Assembly (NCBI GenBank): GCA_977018835.1
Contig: OZ361259.1
Location: forward strand, 3,348,001-3,412,000
Direction of reading: 5' to 3'
From: Minutocellus sp. GHC0000111
Taxonomy: Eukaryota
Length of the DNA stretch: 64,000 nucleotides
This document shows, in pieces, positions 59,301 through 64,000 of this stretch. The translations under genes were made by a program, and so were the position numbers. The notes beneath the pieces were generated by a model, which was not told the origin of the DNA, ran no database searches, and worked only from the letters and a program-made list of their open reading frames with translations. Each line of letters starts with the position of its first letter. The first letter of the stretch is position 1.

Positions 59301-59751
59301 AAAAATTGCCGAGGAAGAAGCTGAAGAGGATGGTGAACCACTCTGGCCAATTGATGCTCCCGGCGAAGATGATGACATTGAGGACGACATAGATGAAAAT
59401 GATGAAGACGATGGAGTCATTGATTTGCTATAACTTATCATAGCATGTCCATTTCTATTCATTACATTTTGATTTGGTGCTTCCAAAAATGTGTTATTTT
59501 TTCCCGGGGTGAGGAATGCAAATGTCGAAAAAAATCATCACATAATGTACATTTATTGGTTCTGGTGCACAATATCTCTCGACTATATGTAGAAGTTGGT
59601 GACCATAACTTGGTTCTTGCCCCGACTTCCATCTTGGCCGTCATTTATTCCTCGGAGTTAGAAAAATGTGAGCTTGGATTTTTGGTCTGGTGTGGTCGTG
59701 TTTCTAATACGTCATCATCACGTCACTTTCAAATCCTCTGAACTCGAAAGG
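56306..59751 (+). mobile_element. Tc1/mariner DD39D DNA transposon, both TIRs present
   Basis: 22 bp TIRs CCTTTCG(GT/AG)TTCAGAGGATTTG at 56306-56327 and 59730-59751, with TA on both sides; transposase inside. Confidence 0.93.
56594..59433 (+). pseudogene. DD39D transposase (nonsense at 58214-58216; frameshifts near 56830, 57550, 58500)
   Basis: LDEK*FY (TGG->TAG), VMHLGVVGRP, FNGRI, and MDNAGGHG...PRSPETNVLDLG with 39 residues between the last two Asp. Confidence 0.9.
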
Positions 59752-60153
59752 TACCTAGGTACGAGCCCGTACGTAGGCCTAGTATGTGTGCGGTTCATTG
59801 GCTGCGGCTGGCTGGATACGGACAGACGTTCAATAGGGAGATGAGATGGGAGTGGCCTGAAATTTGAGTTCGATACACACGTGGCTTGCATGCCATCGAC
59901 CGTAATACCGGTGGGCTCAAGCAGTAGTGTTCAATAGTGTATCATATAAATCTCTAGCTACGTAGTCTACTTAAATCAATATTTCGAGTGGACAACATGC
60001 TCGTCTCTGTCGGACAAACGAAGAAAAAATTAAAATAATGGAGAGGGCGGGCAGAGGTCATTTGCCGGTTGGTATGGAAAAATCCAGGTGCTCGCCACTG
60101 CCATGCGTTGTCACCACTAAAGGCTAGATTATTCTCCCTAACTCCGTCAGCTT

Positions 60154-61078
60154 TCATGCCTTGGCAATGAACTCATCGAGCCACTCCTGACTGGCTCCGG
60201 TGGGACCGTAAAAATCCTTGGCACTTCCTCTGAAAAGCACCAGCTTGGTCTTCTCCGCATCGCTGTCAATAATGGCACCAAGAGCATCGTCGAAGGCCAT
60301 GCCGGCAACCTTCTTGTCGCCGACGGCAACGAGCTCGTCGCCGGGCCGGATGGTGCCCTCCTTCTGGGCCGAACCATCCGAAAGGGAGAGGACAAAGATG
60401 CCGCCGTATTTCTCGTCATTTTCCTCGAAAACAATGCCCATGGGCTTTGGCAGTTCCACGGTAATGTAGTTACTTTCGTCCATCGAATCCACAAAGTTGG
60501 CAGCATCTGTACAAGATAAATTTTGTGGGTAAATTTATGATATAATTGTGAGATATGATTACGTGCCACATTTGATCTAGATGAGCGCACATGTAATCGA
60601 AAACAACACTGTATTTCTCTCTGGAACTTACCAGCTGCAGCGGCCTGCTGCTCCTCCTCGGTCTTGACGCTCCATCCCATCCATCTATCGATGGGTGTTT
60701 CACGCTCTGCGTCGATTTGGCTCTTTTCCAGTGCACTGAATTGGAGAAGAAGGAGAAGGAGGTGATGGGTAAAATGAGTTTGGTGAGTGATGGGATCAAA
60801 AATCCTTACAACACGAAAAGAAGTGGCAAGAAAAGTAATGGATGCGAACGAACAGGATTGAAGTCAATATGACATATGTCCAAAACTTACGGAGCCGAGA
60901 ATGCCTCCTTCACACCATCAAAGAGACCCATCTGGAGCGAGGTCGTTCGTCGCGGTGCAGTTGCGGCGGTGCTGGGCTGGCCGATAGGGGCCTTGGGGAC
61001 GAAGGCAAATCCACAGACGGGAGATGCGGCCGAGGCAGCGGCAAGGGCGCAAGCGGCGGTCGTTGCTGTCTTCTTCAT
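60154..61078 (-). CDS. Plastid-targeted PDZ-domain protein; exons 61078-60891, 60735-60632, 60506-60154
   Basis: Presequence ...VCG-FAF..., [28 protein letters not shown]...GDELVAV. Splice phases are consistent. Confidence 0.88.
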
Positions 61079-61678
61079 TTTGTTTTAGCAGTTGTTGGTA
61101 AGAGAAGAAATGTACTACGTAGTAGAGGAAGAGGTTCAATGTACTGAATCAGCTTTGAATTAGCGGTCTGTGGCTAAGCTGTTGCTCTCCGCGGTATCAA
61201 AAGATGCTGGCGACTTTCGCGCTGACTGTGGGAGAACATGGTGGCGCAGTCGAATGATGCAGACATGCAATGACGTGTAAATTTGAGTCTAACGAGTCGA
61301 TAATAAAACACCCGGAACCATAGTGCGGAGGAGCGAGACCCACCACCAACAAAAAAAGAACAAGGACTGGCTTCGGAATACCTGACCTATCCATGCATGT
61401 ATCGATTTTTAAATCGGCAAAGATCAAAAGTAGATCTTTAGCTCTTACAATAAGTGGAAAATTCAGTTTTATTCGAGACGAGGTCGCAGACTGAGTGGAA
61501 TGTCGACGTCGTCAATCCACCGCCATCCATGCGCCAATCAGCATTACCGGTACACAGCTCCAGCGCGATAACAAACGGCAGATTGTAGCCACAAATGCTC
61601 TCTATAATGTTCACCACCATGCCGAAAGTAATTAGAACTGCCGTCACTGCCAAAAATGCGTCGTCCAAGTCCAAATGT

Positions 61679-62378
61679 TTATCCGGCCTTGGTGAAGCCC
61701 AAATCGTTGGCCTCCGCATATCTCTCCATGAAGCGCATGAATCGGTCCCACTCTGCCGGGCTTTCCATTACGATCATTGACTCAATGGACTGCGGCTTTC
61801 CGTTGACGAATCGGGCGTTCACATCGTTGGTCATCATCTCTCCCTCGTCGTCACTGGAGTATGTAGAAGGAAAAATGAAAAAATCATGAGCGATGCGCAT
61901 ATAATGTGTATGTGTGTATTCTAAACGAGCCGAAGGAGAGCATGTCCTTAATGGCCCATATTTATTTCTCTCCTCTCTATGTATATCAAAAAACAAACCT
62001 CTTATTTTCTCCAGGGCGAACCGAGGTCATATGATATCTTTCAAAGTAGCATTAATTGCGGAGGGCAAGATGGAAGAGAACATTGCTCCCCAAGAACATC
62101 TGTATGACTTACACGAGGAACATTCCAGTAATGTCTCCTTGGATACTGGCATCAAACACATTGGGACTGGCGAAGTTAAAAGTGGCGGTGCCACTGCTTC
62201 CGTCGCGGGCACGGGTGAGCTTGACGTCGGGGACGGTCTTCTCTTCGACGCCTCGGATGAACTCGATCTTGGCGGCATCGAGGGCGGACATCTGGTACGA
62301 GCGGACCATCGGGCGGTTGGCGGGAGCGAAGGCGGCCGCGAGGGGGGCAATGGTGGCAAGAATGGCAGTGGACTTCAT
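61679..62378 (-). CDS. psb28: Nuclear-encoded photosystem II Psb28; intron 61854-62112
   Basis: AAA-FAP presequence; [41 protein letters not shown] and [12 protein letters not shown]. Confidence 0.95.
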
Positions 62379-62684
62379 TTTAATGTCAAGTTCGTGGGTG
62401 ATCGAGTATGACTTTACTAGGTAGTTTTCAATTTGTCGGCAATCAGTAATTATGAGCGGAGGTGGGCATGGCATGGCCTGCGGAGCACGTGTTGGCGTGT
62501 TGACGGCATTTTTGCGCCTGCTGAGTCACTTTCAGAGTGGCGTCATCGCTGATGATTCAGAAAGCCAAAAGGGGGCATAAATGATCGAGCAGCCAAGATC
62601 CAACCAACCGGACCCCTCATATCTTTTGCTTGCGTCGAGGCAACGGAGGCAACAGAGGAATATGAATCGAAACCACTCGTTCTT

Positions 62685-64000
62685 ATGACGAACGCATCGC
62701 TGCGGCATCGGGGAGGTCTCGCAGAACATCTCAAGGCCACCGGTCGTTCGACAGATGATAACGACCTCGACGTCGATGACCATCACGAAACATCATCCGT
62801 CGCCACCGTCAGAACTACCAATCGATCCTCCTCCAAGCCCAGGCGTTTCTACGTCAAGGTCATCATAACATTTGTTTTCTTCGAGTTTGTTCTCGTTGTG
62901 TCATACTATGGTTGGCCAAGACTTGCTGGAGCAGCGAGCAAGACGTCTTCCCCAGGCATTCGTAGCCGTGGCATAAGTACTACGGCTACTTCCACTGGAA
63001 GGAGTACAGGCGCAAACCTAACCAGTAGAATCATTACCGCTAGTAACAGAGAGGTACGGCATGGGTCACTTCAACAAATAATTGCATCGCGCAAGCAGGC
63101 CCACAAAGATACAGTCACTGTAAATGACATCTCGAAACGATGGCTGGAGAACGACATCAGCGGCTTGAGTGCGCCGGATGCACGTCGTCTCATTGTCGTT
63201 GGTGCCAAGGGGACGGTTCAGGACATATTGAACGAGACTGTTTGCGCGCAGGAGAGTGCAGTTATGTTACAGCCAAATAATGCCAAGTCCATTGACGAAG
63301 TTATCGCTTTGTTGGCACGTAAAGATGTCGAAGGCAAAGCAAAGGCGATGGCATTACTATCGCAGTTGATCTACGCAGCAATACACGAAAATCAGTATGG
63401 ACCAGCACGAAATGAAGCCCTGAAACATATGAACGAAAATAGCGATGCAGTTCCCTTCAGCATCGAGTGTCCCGATGCGAAGTATCTCATATTTGAAGGC
63501 TTCACTGCGCCAACCGGACTCGGTTCGCACTTACGAACGCGCATGGCAATTCCATCATTTCTGACAGGTTTGGCTCATGGACGCATCGTTCTATACACGG
63601 AAGCCGACGAACGGTCGCCGATGACCATTGTCAATTGCGACCGAGGGGATTTGCAGTGCTCCTTCTTGCACATGAGTCCATGTCTTCCATCAATGGAGGA
63701 TGTTCAAAGCGCAATGGTTGTCGCGAAAGATTGGGATAATATTCTTCTGAATCATACAGAGCAGCGGGTAATCAAGCTAAGCAGAGTCGTTGAGAGAGAC
63801 TTTGCGGCAGCTCTAAAGGTCGGAGAGACCGGCAAGTTGAAAATTGTGGAGAAGTTCTGGACTCCCGATCAAAGAAAGTGGCGCATGGACAATCTAGTAA
63901 CAGCAGTGGCGCGTATTGTGGCAAAGGGCCTATATGATGCTCCAGGGAGGGCAGATGACTTGGCAGCAGCATTTCAACAAATGATGGAGGCCGAGCAATT
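62685..64000 (+). CDS. Type II membrane protein, possibly alpha-1,6-fucosyltransferase (GT23)-like; runs off the right edge
   Basis: Not in the supplied ORF track, apparently because no stop is reached within the window. One TM helix (VIITFVFFEFVLVVSYYGW), ECPDAKYL...GLGS and C.RGDLQC.F..MSPC. Confidence 0.6.
   Translation, partial: MTNASLRHRGGLAEHLKATGRSTDDNDLDVDDHHETSSVATVRTTNRSSSKPRRFYVKVIITFVFFEFVLVVSYYGWPRLAGAASKTSSPGIRSRGISTTATSTGRSTGANLTSRIITASNREVRHGSLQQIIASRKQAHKDTVTVNDISKRWLENDISGLSAPDARRLIVVGAKGTVQDILNETVCAQESAVMLQPNNAKSIDEVIALLARKDVEGKAKAMALLSQLIYAAIHENQYGPARNEALKHMNENSDAVPFSIECPDAKYLIFEGFTAPTGLGSHLRTRMAIPSFLTGLAHGRIVLYTEADERSPMTIVNCDRGDLQCSFLHMSPCLPSMEDVQSAMVVAKDWDNILLNHTEQRVIKLSRVVERDFAAALKVGETGKLKIVEKFWTPDQRKWRMDNLVTAVARIVAKGLYDAPGRADDLAAAFQQMMEAEQ

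Noticed and set aside
61197..61719. Small hydrophobic ORFs downstream of psb28
   Set aside because: One overlaps the psb28 end and both lack convincing starts; probably intergenic.
1..64000. tRNA/rRNA genes or prokaryotic operon/defence systems
   Set aside because: None recognised by eye; the genes have spliceosomal introns.

Overview
Gene-dense eukaryotic nuclear DNA, very probably a diatom. The evidence is short GT-AG introns, AF/AFAP-type bipartite plastid presequences, a nuclear psb28, and diatom-type cyclin and Sel1/zinc-finger genes. About 28 host genes are recognisable, including an RRM-FtsJ methyltransferase, PolX, DegP, PhoX, M1 aminopeptidase, CobW, bestrophin, a mitochondrial carrier, cyclin, MFS, DEAD-box helicase, TRM11-like, PDZ and Psb28. 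Mobile DNA comprises a complete but broken DD39D Tc1/mariner element, an RT-less LINE inside PhoX, a probable P-element-like end at the left edge, and an unclassified 3 kb two-ORF insert. The most striking property is decay. About 12 host genes carry nonsense codons, frameshifts, insertions or gene-fusing deletions, which suggests a degenerating haplotype or homeolog. Transposon proteins also show repeated Cys/His where Tyr is expected, hinting at a TpA-directed (TA->TG/CA) repeat-mutation process. All family assignments come from motif recognition by eye; no searches were run.
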